The notes below the pieces were generated by a model. It was not told the origin of the DNA. It worked only from the letters and a program-made list of their open reading frames with translations, and ran no database searches. From Candidatus Latescibacterota bacterium (GTDB lineage: Bacteria > Latescibacterota > UBA2968 > UBA8231): a stretch of DNA of 64,000 nucleotides. Shown in pieces: positions 39,801 to 49,441 of the stretch. The DNA is taken from contig OZ242005.1 in the NCBI GenBank assembly GCA_965204725.1, forward strand, positions 4,800,001 through 4,864,000. The letters run 5' to 3'. Numbering within the stretch: the stretch's first letter is position 1; the number at the start of each line of letters is the position of its first letter. The position numbers were made by a program, and so were the translations under genes.

Positions 39801-40436
39801 CTATGACGTGACGGATATGGCCTGTTTCCGCCACGCTTCGTCGTTCACCTGCCCGACCAGAAAGTCCGCGAGATCAGCGCGGCTGATATGACCGACTTGG
39901 CCCCAAATGGACCGATTTGTCGGCATATTGTTGACGGAGTAATCTCCCGAGGCCGGTTCGTCTTTCAAAATGGCGGCGCGCACAATCGTCCAGTTGAGGG
40001 TGCTGGCCCTGACGACCGCTTCCTGCGCCTCGTGGTCGGCGTAGATGTTTCGCAGCAGCGTCCTGTACAGCAGGCGTGCAAACCACGAGACCTGCCCCCA
40101 GCTTTCTCCCACTCCTGCGGCGGACACCACGACGAGACGCCCGACGTGGTGTTGGGTCATGCCGTCCACGACGTTCCGCGTACCAGCGGTGAGGGTGGCC
40201 TTGTCGCGCAGGCCGTTGCTGCCCAAGGCGACAATCGCCGCGTCGTGACCGGCGACCGCTGAGGCGACCGACTCGGCGTCCGTGACGTCGCCCTGAACGA
40301 CGCGTACGCTGGAATCGCCGCGGTTAATTTTGTCCACCGAGCGTGCGAAGGCCGTGACGTCGTGCCCCTGTTCGAGTGCCTGCCGCCAGACGTGCTGCCC
40401 GGTTTTCCCCGTCGCACCAAAGACGATGATCTTCAT
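39801..40436 (-). CDS. NAD(P)H-binding oxidoreductase (flavin reductase/BVR-B-like)
   Basis: FGATGKTG, VVQGDV, WTIVR, ISRADLA. Confidence 0.9.
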   Translation of the reverse strand: MKIIVFGATGKTGQHVWRQALEQGHDVTAFARSVDKINRGDSSVRVVQGDVTDAESVASAVAGHDAAIVALGSNGLRDKATLTAGTRNVVDGMTQHHVGRLVVVSAAGVGESWGQVSWFARLLYRTLLRNIYADHEAQEAVVRASTLNWTIVRAAILKDEPASGDYSVNNMPTNRSIWGQVGHISRADLADFLVGQVNDEAWRKQAISVTS

Positions 40437-40572
40437 GGCGATTCTCCTCAGAGGCTGTCTGAAAACCTATGATGTAGTCCTCATTTGAATCGGCGTATTC
40501 ATCAAGGCTCTTATGATGAGTACGCCAAGTGGCCAATATGCTACCGACGTAACCGATGCGCAATGGCGGGAA

Positions 40573-42129
40573 CTACCGGCGGTACTGCAAATAGATTTCC
40601 ACGTGTTCGACTCGCAGCGGCACCCGCAGCCGTGCGTCGCGTACTAGCACCCGCAGCCGAACTTGGTGGACGCCTCGCCCTACCTGTGCCGCGGTCAAGC
40701 ACCAGCAAAGCCAAGCGTTTTCCGACACATCGCTCGGATCGGCCGCATCTTCAGCGGCCGCATCGCGCACCATCGGCGTCCCCAGCGCGGCCCCGTCCAA
40801 CAGTGCTTCGATCTGGTCGGCGGGCGACCAATGGGCCATTTCGATCTGCAACTCGGCGGCCGCCAACGGACCCTCGTCGGCGACGCGGACGTGGAAAATC
40901 GGGCCGCTGTCCGTGCGCGTGGGATACAGCGCTACCGGCACCTCGCCGTACAGGCGGTCATCGCGCTCGGCATCCACCCGGTTCCCGGTCTTGGGGCCGA
41001 TGCTGCGGTGCAGGGCGGTGTACACTTTGTCCAAGCCGGCCAGCGTTTTTGCCGATCCCATGGTCGTAAGCAACGGGCGGTGCGTCTGGGCATGGCCGTG
41101 CCAGTTGAACGCATGCACGCCGTCGGCCCCGCGCATTAGCTGGTCTTGCGCCAAGCCGCGGAACCAATCCACCCGCCACGATTGGTGGGGACGCAGCCGC
41201 CGCGCCTGCTGCCGTCCGTCCGAGTCCAAGCCGGCGTAGAAGCGCACGCCATGGGGACGGCACAACTCGACAAAACGCTCGACCTCGGCTCCGGGGTCGG
41301 TCCCCGAATTGCCGCCGCTGATAACCATATCGCACAATCCATCCCGCACCCAAGCCTCGACATCGTAGCCAATGCGGCCGCAGGCTTCAAAGGTCGTGGC
41401 CACCCGCACGGCCACGTGAAAGGGCCGCCCTCGCTCCTCGGCAATCCGGTCGGTCTGCGCCCGCACGGCCCGCATGAGATCGGTCAAAACATAGCGCAAG
41501 CGGTACGCGTCGTCGGCTGGCAAATGAAAGGCGTGCCGCTGCCAGTCCAATTCAACGCCGTCCCAGTCGGCCAAGCGGCAGGCCTCGACGACGCGCTGCA
41601 AGAGGTGCGTTCGCACTTCGGGGATCGCCATATTCCACGAAGTCGAAGCCCAGCCCGGTGTTTGCTCCTCGCCCAAAAGCCACTCGGGGTGTTGCTGCCG
41701 CAGCGGCGTCAACTCAGCCCGTTGCAAGCCGCCCAGATCCCCCGGGCGCAAATCCCAGAAGTGATTGTCGTTCATGCGCAGCGATGGCAGCACCGCCATG
41801 CCCAGTTCGCGCCCGCGCTGCACTAGCGCCCCGTACAGGTCGTCCCCCCGCTCGAAAAAGGCGCGGATGTTTTCGCTGTGGCGCATCGTCTGCACCGAAT
41901 CGTAGCGTCGCTCGGTTGATGCTCCCACCATGTCCAATTGCTGCGAAGGCCAAGGCACTTCGTGGACGCCTACGCACCAGCATAGCGCACCCACCTGAGT
42001 ATCGGCCAACGGCGCGTACACTTTGTCGAGGAACTGCGCCAGCGATTGGGGGTACTCGCTGTAGCCGTGGGGTGCGCCATCCCAGTTGTACATAATGCCG
42101 TAATTGGGCGCGGCCGTTCGCTCTGCCAT
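40573..42129 (-). CDS. GHL10-like TIM-barrel glycosyl hydrolase family protein
   Basis: YNWDG, SLRMNDNH, HPEWLL, PEVR, DGVELDW, DVEAWVRDGLCD; GGAGGAG RBS. Confidence 0.65.
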   Translation of the reverse strand: MAERTAAPNYGIMYNWDGAPHGYSEYPQSLAQFLDKVYAPLADTQVGALCWCVGVHEVPWPSQQLDMVGASTERRYDSVQTMRHSENIRAFFERGDDLYGALVQRGRELGMAVLPSLRMNDNHFWDLRPGDLGGLQRAELTPLRQQHPEWLLGEEQTPGWASTSWNMAIPEVRTHLLQRVVEACRLADWDGVELDWQRHAFHLPADDAYRLRYVLTDLMRAVRAQTDRIAEERGRPFHVAVRVATTFEACGRIGYDVEAWVRDGLCDMVISGGNSGTDPGAEVERFVELCRPHGVRFYAGLDSDGRQQARRLRPHQSWRVDWFRGLAQDQLMRGADGVHAFNWHGHAQTHRPLLTTMGSAKTLAGLDKVYTALHRSIGPKTGNRVDAERDDRLYGEVPVALYPTRTDSGPIFHVRVADEGPLAAAELQIEMAHWSPADQIEALLDGAALGTPMVRDAAAEDAADPSDVSENAWLCWCLTAAQVGRGVHQVRLRVLVRDARLRVPLRVEHVEIYLQYRR

Positions 42130-42200
42130 GGTCTCCTCCAGCGCGTTACGTTGATCCGCCAAGCTACCGGAAACCTAACAAAGAGCGGGCTATCACACTA

Positions 42201-43044
42201 GAAGCTATCTCATAAATAGTCTGGCTGTGCTACGTTAGTGGTATTCCCTTTCGGAGGTATCTCTTATGGATCTTACAGACGAACAGTGGTCGATAGTGTC
42301 CCCACTGCTGCCGGCGTGTCCCAAACGCCGCGATGGCCGGGGTCGTCCGTGGCGTTGTAACCGAGCGGTGCTCAATGGTATTCTGTGGATTCTCCGCACC
42401 GGGGCGCCTGGGCATGACCTGCCTGCTCGCTATCCGTCCTACCAGACCTGCCATCGTCGATTCCAACAGTGGTCGTCTGATGGCACCTTTGAACATATTC
42501 TGCGCACCCTCGCGCACGACTTGCATGAGCGCGGGGGCCTTGATGTGAGCGAATGCTTCATCGATGGCCTGTTTGTCGCGGCGAAAAAAGGGGGGACCAA
42601 GTGGGTCCGACCAAGCGGGGCAAAGGTACGAAGCTCATGGCAGTGGCAGACCGCGCTGGTCTTCCTATCGCCGTACTCATCCAAAGTGCTTCGCCGCACG
42701 AAGTCACCCTCGTAGAAGCCACCCTGGAAAACCGATGGGTCCAGCCCCGACCGCAACGACTCATCGGGGACCGAGCCTACGACTCGGATCGATTGGATGC
42801 GAGCCTGGCCGACCAAGGCATTGAGATGATCGCGCCGCATCGCCGCAATCGTACGCAGGCCAAAACCCAGGACGGGCGGCGGTTGCGGGGCTACAAAAGA
42901 CGCTGGAAAATAGAAAGACTGTTTGCTTGGTTGCATAACTTCCGCCGCATCGTGGTTCGATACGAATACTATGCTGAAAACTACCTCGGCTTTGTACAAC
43001 TCGGATGCATCCTCATACTGCTACGGTATTTATGAGATAGCTTC
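42201..43044 (+). mobile_element. IS5-family insertion sequence, copy 1 (844 bp)
   Basis: Perfect 18-bp terminal IRs GAAGCTATCTCATAAATA with TA on both flanks; split transposase inside. Confidence 0.95.
42266..43035 (+). CDS. IS5 transposase, orfA/orfB joined by -1 programmed frameshift
   Basis: MDLTDEQW...[13 protein letters not shown] (orfA), GDRAYDS and [14 protein letters not shown] (orfB). Slippery AAAAAAGGGGGG at 42584-42595. Confidence 0.9.
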
Positions 43045-44281
43045 TAATACCAAACACGCCGAGCACCGGCACATCGACCGGACTGTACGCCGGCTCGGCT
43101 TGGAGGAGTTGCTGTACGTCGTCGGACGAGACCGAGGGATACGTCAGGTGCAGTCCCTTCTTGTTGGCGCACTCGTACAAATCGCCATACTCGGCTCGGG
43201 GCACGGCGAGGAAACTGAAGACGTGACAGTCGTGTTCCAGTGCGGTCTCAATGGCCGTGCGCAGCACATCTTGCTTGCCGATTCGCCCTAATTGATCGAC
43301 ATAGCCGAGGATGAGCGTATCCGCTTCTGCAAGGACCGAAGCGAGCCGGGGCCGAATGCGTACCCCTATGTCGGACAAGCCCAACACGTGGCCCGCATCC
43401 TTACCAACCAGCCCCTTGCCCACTGGGTCGGCGATGCCCGTAATCTCAAACGCGAGTAGATCGTGCGCCCGGACCAAGGCGTGCATCTCCTTGTTGAACG
43501 GGTAGAGAGCCGCCTTCTGAATCCAAGAAAAACTTGAAGGATTGGCAGGAGGCTCCGGCGCGGCCACTGGGCGCGAGCGCATATTTGGGAGTAGCTCCGG
43601 CGTCCCCTGCAGCGCATTGGCCTGCAACTGCTCGCGCACCTGTTCCAACGATGCCCCCGGATGCGCTTGGCGAATCAAGGCAACCATGCCGGTAACGTGC
43701 GGCGCGGCAAAGCTGGTGCCCGACACCATCACATACCGAGGGTCGGTCCAGCAGACCCGCTGGGCATCGCCGCGGGCGACGCACTCGATCTCGTCCCCCG
43801 GACGATAGTAGTACCCATAGCGTCCGCGGACCTTACCTCCCGCAACGCCAATAACATCTGACAACACGGCTGGGTAGCTTTCGCGCCCGTCATTGTGCTC
43901 GGCAGCGACGAGAATAACCTTGGCTTCACGGGCTTGGCGACAGACCTCGGCGAGTGCGTCCCGGAAGGTAACGTCCGTCGTGCCTAAGCTGAGGTTGACC
44001 ACATCCATCCTCTGCTCAACCGCCCAGCGGATCGCCGCCAGCAGAGCCGGACCATCGGCGGTTAGGGACTCGTCAAAGAGGCGGACATCGTACAGGGTCG
44101 CTGTCGGCGCGATTTGGCGGATAATACCCGCGCAAGCCGTGCCGTGCCCCGCACTAGCAGCCGTTGGCGGAGACACCGAGTCCAAGAGTACCTCGTGAAC
44201 CGCGCCGATCTTTTCGTGCGTCGGGTCAATACCCGAGTCGATGACGGCGACATGGACGGGATGATCGGGTTGATTCGTCAA
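43045..44281 (-). pseudogene. Cytoplasmic S8 peptidase fused to TIGR04066/DUF1611-like domain, truncated by IS5
   Basis: Triad VIDSG / GHGTACAG / SGTSFAAP, no signal peptide. Then ALYPFNKE...GKGLVGKDAG...VDVPVLGVFG, after which the frame runs into the IS end. Confidence 0.8.
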
Positions 44282-44334
44282 GAGCTTCCTTTTGTTATAC
44301 CTGATACGGCAGGTCCTATTCGGGTTTACGGGTG

Positions 44335-45018
44335 CTACTCTCGGTTAAAGTAGAAGGCGAGTTCTGGTTTTTGGCGGGCGCGTATGGCAATCGTCGAATC
44401 CATGCGGATCGCCGTTGCTAAGTCCGCGCTGGCCAACGCCGTTTCGCCGCGCCAAGCGCGGATGCGGGCTCGGTAATACCACGCGACTCCTGTTTCGTGG
44501 TCGAGTAACACCGCCCGATTAAGCGCGTTTAACCCTTCGTCTAGTCTGTCTGTTCCTATAAAAAGAAGGCTTCGCTTGATCCACGACTCAAGGTGGTCCG
44601 GGTCGTGCTGCAACGCGGTCTCAAGTGCTGCTTCTGCGGCCGCATAGTCCTTTTCTTGGAGGTGAAGCGAACCAATAAGTCCCCAGAAATGCGCGAAATG
44701 GGCGTCCGTGGAATCGGCGGCCAAGCAGGTTTTGTAAACATGTACGGCTTTCTCTACTTGTCGTAGGTCGCGCAGAAGATCGCCCGTTTTCTGGCATAAT
44801 CCCACGTTTTTGGGATCTAAGCGAAACGCAGCCGAATAAGACTCAAGTGCTTGCTCATAAGCGCGCCGAGCCATCCGGCGTTCATTGTTCGCCATGAGTC
44901 GATCTCCATGCCGTAAGTAAGTATCCCCATCCGATAGATCATATCTCACCATGAGATATAACAGTGAAAGTATCGTCATGGAATTGATTACAACAGTAGA
45001 GACGACCCATTTTCTCAC
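44335..45018 (-). CDS. Membrane-anchored TPR protein
   Basis: N-terminal TM, repeats such as ALESYSAAFRLDPKN, ALQHDPDH, AWYYRARI. Confidence 0.85.
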   Translation of the reverse strand: MRKWVVSTVVINSMTILSLLYLMVRYDLSDGDTYLRHGDRLMANNERRMARRAYEQALESYSAAFRLDPKNVGLCQKTGDLLRDLRQVEKAVHVYKTCLAADSTDAHFAHFWGLIGSLHLQEKDYAAAEAALETALQHDPDHLESWIKRSLLFIGTDRLDEGLNALNRAVLLDHETGVAWYYRARIRAWRGETALASADLATAIRMDSTIAIRARQKPELAFYFNRE

Positions 45019-45764
45019 GGTACAGAATCCAACCTATAAACTCTAGAGGAGAAAACTAATTCTGCTACTATATTGGCAACGCCGTGTAGCACAATACAGG
45101 CTCCAATTGAACGAGATCGTTCATAGTAAAGAACAAGCACGAGACCTAAACCCAAATGAGGTAAAAGTGCCAAAAACGTTCCTTCCGTATTGTAGTGACA
45201 TAAAGCAAACAGTATTACATTGGTTATAACAGCCCATACAAAAGATAAATGCCTTTTGAGGTAGGGATACAGAATACCTCTAAATAGCCACTCCTCCACT
45301 AGAGGAATGACAATGACACCCTGTAATAATCTTATAATTGATAAATCGGGTAGGTGCATTACGGGGGGGACATAACCGGCTGATCGAGATAGATTCGCTG
45401 GAACCGTAATCAACAAGACTAAGAAAACAGCCAGCCAGACTTCTCTACCCATACCATATAGAGACAGTTCTATCTGCTTGGGCACAGTTCCTACAATGAG
45501 ATGAAAACAGGCAAGCATCAAAATCATCGCGGCAGCATGGGATCCAAAGAGGTAAATCGTGACGATTTTCATATCCCGCAACAGCAAAGACTCCTCTACC
45601 CAGTTATCGACACAAGCGTTTCTGAGTGCAATAAAAAAGAATAAAATGGCGAACTGTAGGATGACCAAGATAAGGTTCCATGGACACTCCCATTCTTGCC
45701 CTCGCATGGTATCCCAAGTGTTGATCACGATCCTATATCCCGTCTTAATGTACACACGATGCAC
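45015..45764 (-). CDS. CPBP/Abi (CAAX-like) intramembrane metalloprotease
   Basis: PLVEEWLFRG, FALCH, HGVAN motifs. Start uncertain. Confidence 0.9.
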   Translation of the reverse strand: MHRVYIKTGYRIVINTWDTMRGQEWECPWNLILVILQFAILFFFIALRNACVDNWVEESLLLRDMKIVTIYLFGSHAAAMILMLACFHLIVGTVPKQIELSLYGMGREVWLAVFLVLLITVPANLSRSAGYVPPVMHLPDLSIIRLLQGVIVIPLVEEWLFRGILYPYLKRHLSFVWAVITNVILFALCHYNTEGTFLALLPHLGLGLVLVLYYERSRSIGACIVLHGVANIVAELVFSSRVYRLDSVP

Positions 45765-45886
45765 TCTGAGTGCTGGCTGTGCGGATGTATCTGCATCCTG
45801 CTCAGGTAGTTATAAGACGATGACAGCCTATGGGCATCCGCTTTGGCTGCAATGGATACCGTGATGGCTGTTCCAAATAACCTAGT

Positions 45887-46588
45887 TTACCCTGCGCTGA
45901 TCGAGTATTTTACCCAAGTGGCCCCCGCTGCAAAGAGTGTCTGTAGAGACCAGAAGATTGCAACGGCGAAGGCCGCTTGGAGGCGTTTGAGTGCGCATAT
46001 GCGACTCAAGCCCAAGACGAGAAGCCCATAGTACCAGAAGCTGAAGGGGTTGATATTCATAAGTACAGTTTTGGTTATCGGATGCAGTTCCCCATGCCAG
46101 AGGAGGTCTAAGCCAATAGAAATAGCTAGCTCATCTACCGTTGCTTGGCCTGTCTGAACTTTCATTATGCTTATACCCGCCATCAGCACCCCAGCAATGA
46201 AAGTCGTCATGTTGGAATAGGCGACTAGAGAGAAGATCATCTTGAATTCCGCCAAGCCCTCTAAGACTTGGACGATGAGCCATATCGCGAACGAGGAAAA
46301 GAACCATAGAAGCAGTATGCTGGGAAGGGTGGCGATGGTCGCCACGTAGTGGACAGTACGATTGACCTCCCTGACCTGTTTCAAGTCCGCCGATGGTATG
46401 GAGACTGACATCTGTTCTATAACAGCCTCTTGCAGCAGGGGGAAGGTGAGCCAAGTTATCAGAGTGGATCCCATACCGATAGCGAGGAAGGGGGCTAACC
46501 AGTTAGGGTGCTCGAGGATCTGCCGAAAAGCATGTGAAGGCGACCAAATTATCCAGTATAAATTGCGAAAGGTAAGTGCGGTATCCAT
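45887..46588 (-). CDS. Yip1-domain membrane protein
   Basis: IIWSPSHAFRQILEHPNW, INPFSFW; 5 TM segments. Confidence 0.8.
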   Translation of the reverse strand: MDTALTFRNLYWIIWSPSHAFRQILEHPNWLAPFLAIGMGSTLITWLTFPLLQEAVIEQMSVSIPSADLKQVREVNRTVHYVATIATLPSILLLWFFSSFAIWLIVQVLEGLAEFKMIFSLVAYSNMTTFIAGVLMAGISIMKVQTGQATVDELAISIGLDLLWHGELHPITKTVLMNINPFSFWYYGLLVLGLSRICALKRLQAAFAVAIFWSLQTLFAAGATWVKYSISAG

Positions 46589-46607
46589 GGCGGTCGTATT
46601 CTTGGTT

Positions 46608-47129
46608 TTAGAGCAGGTGGCTACTTGGGTTTAGGGACCTATAACCCACTTCCCGACGTTGCAGTATGCCCTGTTCATTTAAAAAAAGCAGCGTCGGGAC
46701 GCGAACTATCCCTAGACGTTCGCGCAACTGAGTTTGGCAACCGAATAATACCAGAAATGAGCCGGTGATGTGCTGCCCGGCACCGCTAGGCAGTAAGGGG
46801 TGTTCTCTGATTACAGCAACGATCTCGACATTCATGATCGACCTGCGGCTTTGCCACTGTTTCAACTCGTCTAATTTAGTATGGCAAAAGCTGCATTCGA
46901 GATCGAGAACGGCGACAATCAGTTTTTTTTCTCGAAAGTCTTCGAGGTGGACGGCATTGCCTTGTCCGTCTTTGAGATCAATTGAGGGCAAAGGTTGACC
47001 GATGCGGGCACTGTGTTTCGTTTTGCTGGTCGTTCCCATCCATAGGAACCCGACGGTTGTCGCTAAGGCGAGTGAAGATAGTACCACGAGTGCCCGTATT
47101 CGGCGATTTACGCGCCTTCCACTAGCCAT
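46608..47129 (-). CDS. TlpA/redoxin-family thiol-disulfide oxidoreductase, membrane-anchored
   Basis: TM anchor, IGQPLPSIDLKD, CSFC (CxxC), VPTLLFLNEQG. Confidence 0.85.
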   Translation of the reverse strand: MASGRRVNRRIRALVVLSSLALATTVGFLWMGTTSKTKHSARIGQPLPSIDLKDGQGNAVHLEDFREKKLIVAVLDLECSFCHTKLDELKQWQSRRSIMNVEIVAVIREHPLLPSGAGQHITGSFLVLFGCQTQLRERLGIVRVPTLLFLNEQGILQRREVGYRSLNPSSHLL

Positions 47130-47580
47130 TGTCCTGCCGCTTCTGTAGGATCGAATCAAAGAGGATTTTGGCCAGAGCTACTCGTTCCCTCTCTACGAGC
47201 TTTGCCTGCACCACAGTACCTTCCAAGTTGTACGCGAGGCGGTCGAAATCGACTTCCCCTTTGAGGGTGATCCAGACCCGGGTCGCGTCAGGTTCGTAGT
47301 CGATACGCCCGTTGATCTGTGCTATAATGGCACGGAGAACCTCTTGTTCGTCATAAGTAATATCAGCATAGTGGCATTCGCGTAGCAGACTCAGGCGCAT
47401 ATCTGGGATGTCCGCCTCCAATATCCAATCTGGTCCTCTGCGGTGGAGCAAACCCTCCAATTCTAGACCGACGTTCACACGTATAGTAGCTAGCCCGATC
47501 ACCATAAACATCAGGATAAGCGTCGTGCCGAATAACAGGACGCCAACTTTCCATTCCAGCTTACGGGGGATTTTCATCAC
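47122..47580 (-). CDS. Single-TM accessory protein, minimal HlyD-like
   Basis: TM followed by ILEADIPD...LRAIIAQI...GTVVQAKLV...LAKILF, the pattern of an HlyD beta-barrel without the coiled coil. Lies directly after the exporter gene. Confidence 0.5.
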   Translation of the reverse strand: MMKIPRKLEWKVGVLLFGTTLILMFMVIGLATIRVNVGLELEGLLHRRGPDWILEADIPDMRLSLLRECHYADITYDEQEVLRAIIAQINGRIDYEPDATRVWITLKGEVDFDRLAYNLEGTVVQAKLVERERVALAKILFDSILQKRQDNG

Positions 47581-47588
47581 GAGTTTAC

Positions 47589-49349
47589 CTAGATATAAGG
47601 CTGATGAAAATTTGCAAAAGGGCCATTTTGATTGATAAGCTCGTTATAGGTACCTGCTTCGACAATTTTCCCTCCAGAGAGGACGTGGATGATGTCGGCA
47701 AGAACCAAGGACGTAGATTGATGAGCTATCAAGAGCGTTGTCCGGTCCCTAGTTGCCCTTTTGAGTATGCGAAGGACTGTCTGTTCCGTGTTGCTGTCGA
47801 GCGAGGACGTTGCTTCATCGAGAATGAGAATCTGCGGATTGCGTATAATTGCCCTAGCCAAAGCTAGGCACTGCTTTTGACCGCCCGAAAGCTGGACTCC
47901 CCCAGATCCGATGCGTGTATCGATACCTGCGGGAAAGTGCTGTATGAACTCCATACAATCCATCTCTTCTAGGGTCTGTTCTATCGCATGGTAAGTAGCA
48001 TTAGAAGTCCCGTAAGCAACATTCTCTCGAATGCTGCCTGTAAAGAAAGACGCATCTTGTCCTACCCATCCGACAACACCACGCAGATGATCCAGATTGT
48101 AGGAGTTTGCGTTGACTCCGTCTATGCGAAGCTCACCGGAGGTTGGCTCGTAGAACCGGACCAACAGGTGAGCCAAGGTGGTCTTCCCCGATCCTATCTT
48201 CCCGACCACGGCAGTGACTTGGCTGGGCTCCAACGTCAAGTCGATTCCGTTTAGCACCGGTAGCCCCTTGTCATAGGAAAAGTAGATGTTTTCGTACACC
48301 ACTTTGCCTTTTCTAATCCGGTATTTGTTCTGAGGAACCTTTTTTTCGAGAGGCGTTTCCATCATTTCGACGACTCGCTTCAAAATACCTATGCCTTGGC
48401 GAAAACTGACGTATAGTACCGACAACTGGTTGACGGGACCGTAAACGTACGCCACCAAAGTGTGGAAGGCCATAAACTGCCCGAGGGTAAGCAGACCTTC
48501 CATGATCGAGTACGCGCCGTACCAGAGGACAGCCAGTCCACTTATGCTGTAGAGAAATATCTGCAGCAATTGAGCACTGACCATTGTCGCGTCACGTTGT
48601 AGGCGGCTCTCGGCTTCTCGACGCAAATAACCCGAAAGCCTCAGAACCTCCTTCCTCGTTCCGCCAAAGACCTTGGCTGCCAAGGCCGAATCCAAAGACT
48701 CTATGCGCATAGAGTTGGTCTGACTCTTCCTCTCCTGTGTCGCGGCACTGTATTTTTGGATGCGTCGCCCGAAGCGGATATTCGTCCAGACAAAGGCTGG
48801 CAGAACTAGGAGAACGACTGAGGTCAGTGTTGAATTGAGGGAGAACATGATCACCAAGGCAATGGCGATGAGCGACAAACTGCTCAAACCCTCAATGTAC
48901 GTTCCTGCCATCAGCGTGTTTAACTGACGTACATCGTCACTGATGCGGGTGGAAAAGTAGCCAGGGCCGCGATTGAGGAGAAAGGAAACAGGAGCCTCAA
49001 GTACGGAGCGAAACAGTTTCAATTCCATATTGAAAAAAACGCGCCGCGAAAACACCAGTAGAAGGTAGCGATGTAGAAAACCTAGACCCAATCCCAGCAA
49101 GGTGGTAAGGATCAGGGTCGCGCATATGACGTTCAGTGCATGGATTTGGCCATTGGCTATAACCCGATCAATGATATAGATGGTCAATACTGGCATCGGT
49201 GACGCGAGGATGGTAGTGAACAGCATGCATACACCCGCTTCCACAGCACGCAGCCAGTAAGGAGAGAAGAAAGGGAGCAACCGTTGAAGTGATGCTAGCA
49301 TCTCCAGCGATCTTTCCATTCTATTTCGTATATCTTCTTTTATAGTCAT
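47589..49349 (-). CDS. Peptide/protein ABC exporter (permease+ATPase) without C39 peptidase domain
   Basis: IIDRVI, LTLGQFMAF, GKIGSGKTT, LSGGQKQ, LDEATS. 586 aa, with TM region starting at the N-terminus. Confidence 0.9.
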   Translation of the reverse strand: MTIKEDIRNRMERSLEMLASLQRLLPFFSPYWLRAVEAGVCMLFTTILASPMPVLTIYIIDRVIANGQIHALNVICATLILTTLLGLGLGFLHRYLLLVFSRRVFFNMELKLFRSVLEAPVSFLLNRGPGYFSTRISDDVRQLNTLMAGTYIEGLSSLSLIAIALVIMFSLNSTLTSVVLLVLPAFVWTNIRFGRRIQKYSAATQERKSQTNSMRIESLDSALAAKVFGGTRKEVLRLSGYLRREAESRLQRDATMVSAQLLQIFLYSISGLAVLWYGAYSIMEGLLTLGQFMAFHTLVAYVYGPVNQLSVLYVSFRQGIGILKRVVEMMETPLEKKVPQNKYRIRKGKVVYENIYFSYDKGLPVLNGIDLTLEPSQVTAVVGKIGSGKTTLAHLLVRFYEPTSGELRIDGVNANSYNLDHLRGVVGWVGQDASFFTGSIRENVAYGTSNATYHAIEQTLEEMDCMEFIQHFPAGIDTRIGSGGVQLSGGQKQCLALARAIIRNPQILILDEATSSLDSNTEQTVLRILKRATRDRTTLLIAHQSTSLVLADIIHVLSGGKIVEAGTYNELINQNGPFANFHQPYI

Positions 49350-49409
49350 TAAGAAGCGTTCTTAAAACTAGGGTTTCGTACTCTCACTCGGCTCAAAGTA
49401 TCTTAGGAT

Positions 49410-49441
49410 TAGCACGGCGCGACTATTTATGAGATAACTTC
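49410..49441 (-). mobile_element. Relic of the IS5 left end
   Basis: TAGCACGGCGCGACTATTTATGAGATAACTTC versus IS TAGCACAGCCAGACTATTTATGAGATAGCTTC; IR matches 17/18. Confidence 0.75.
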
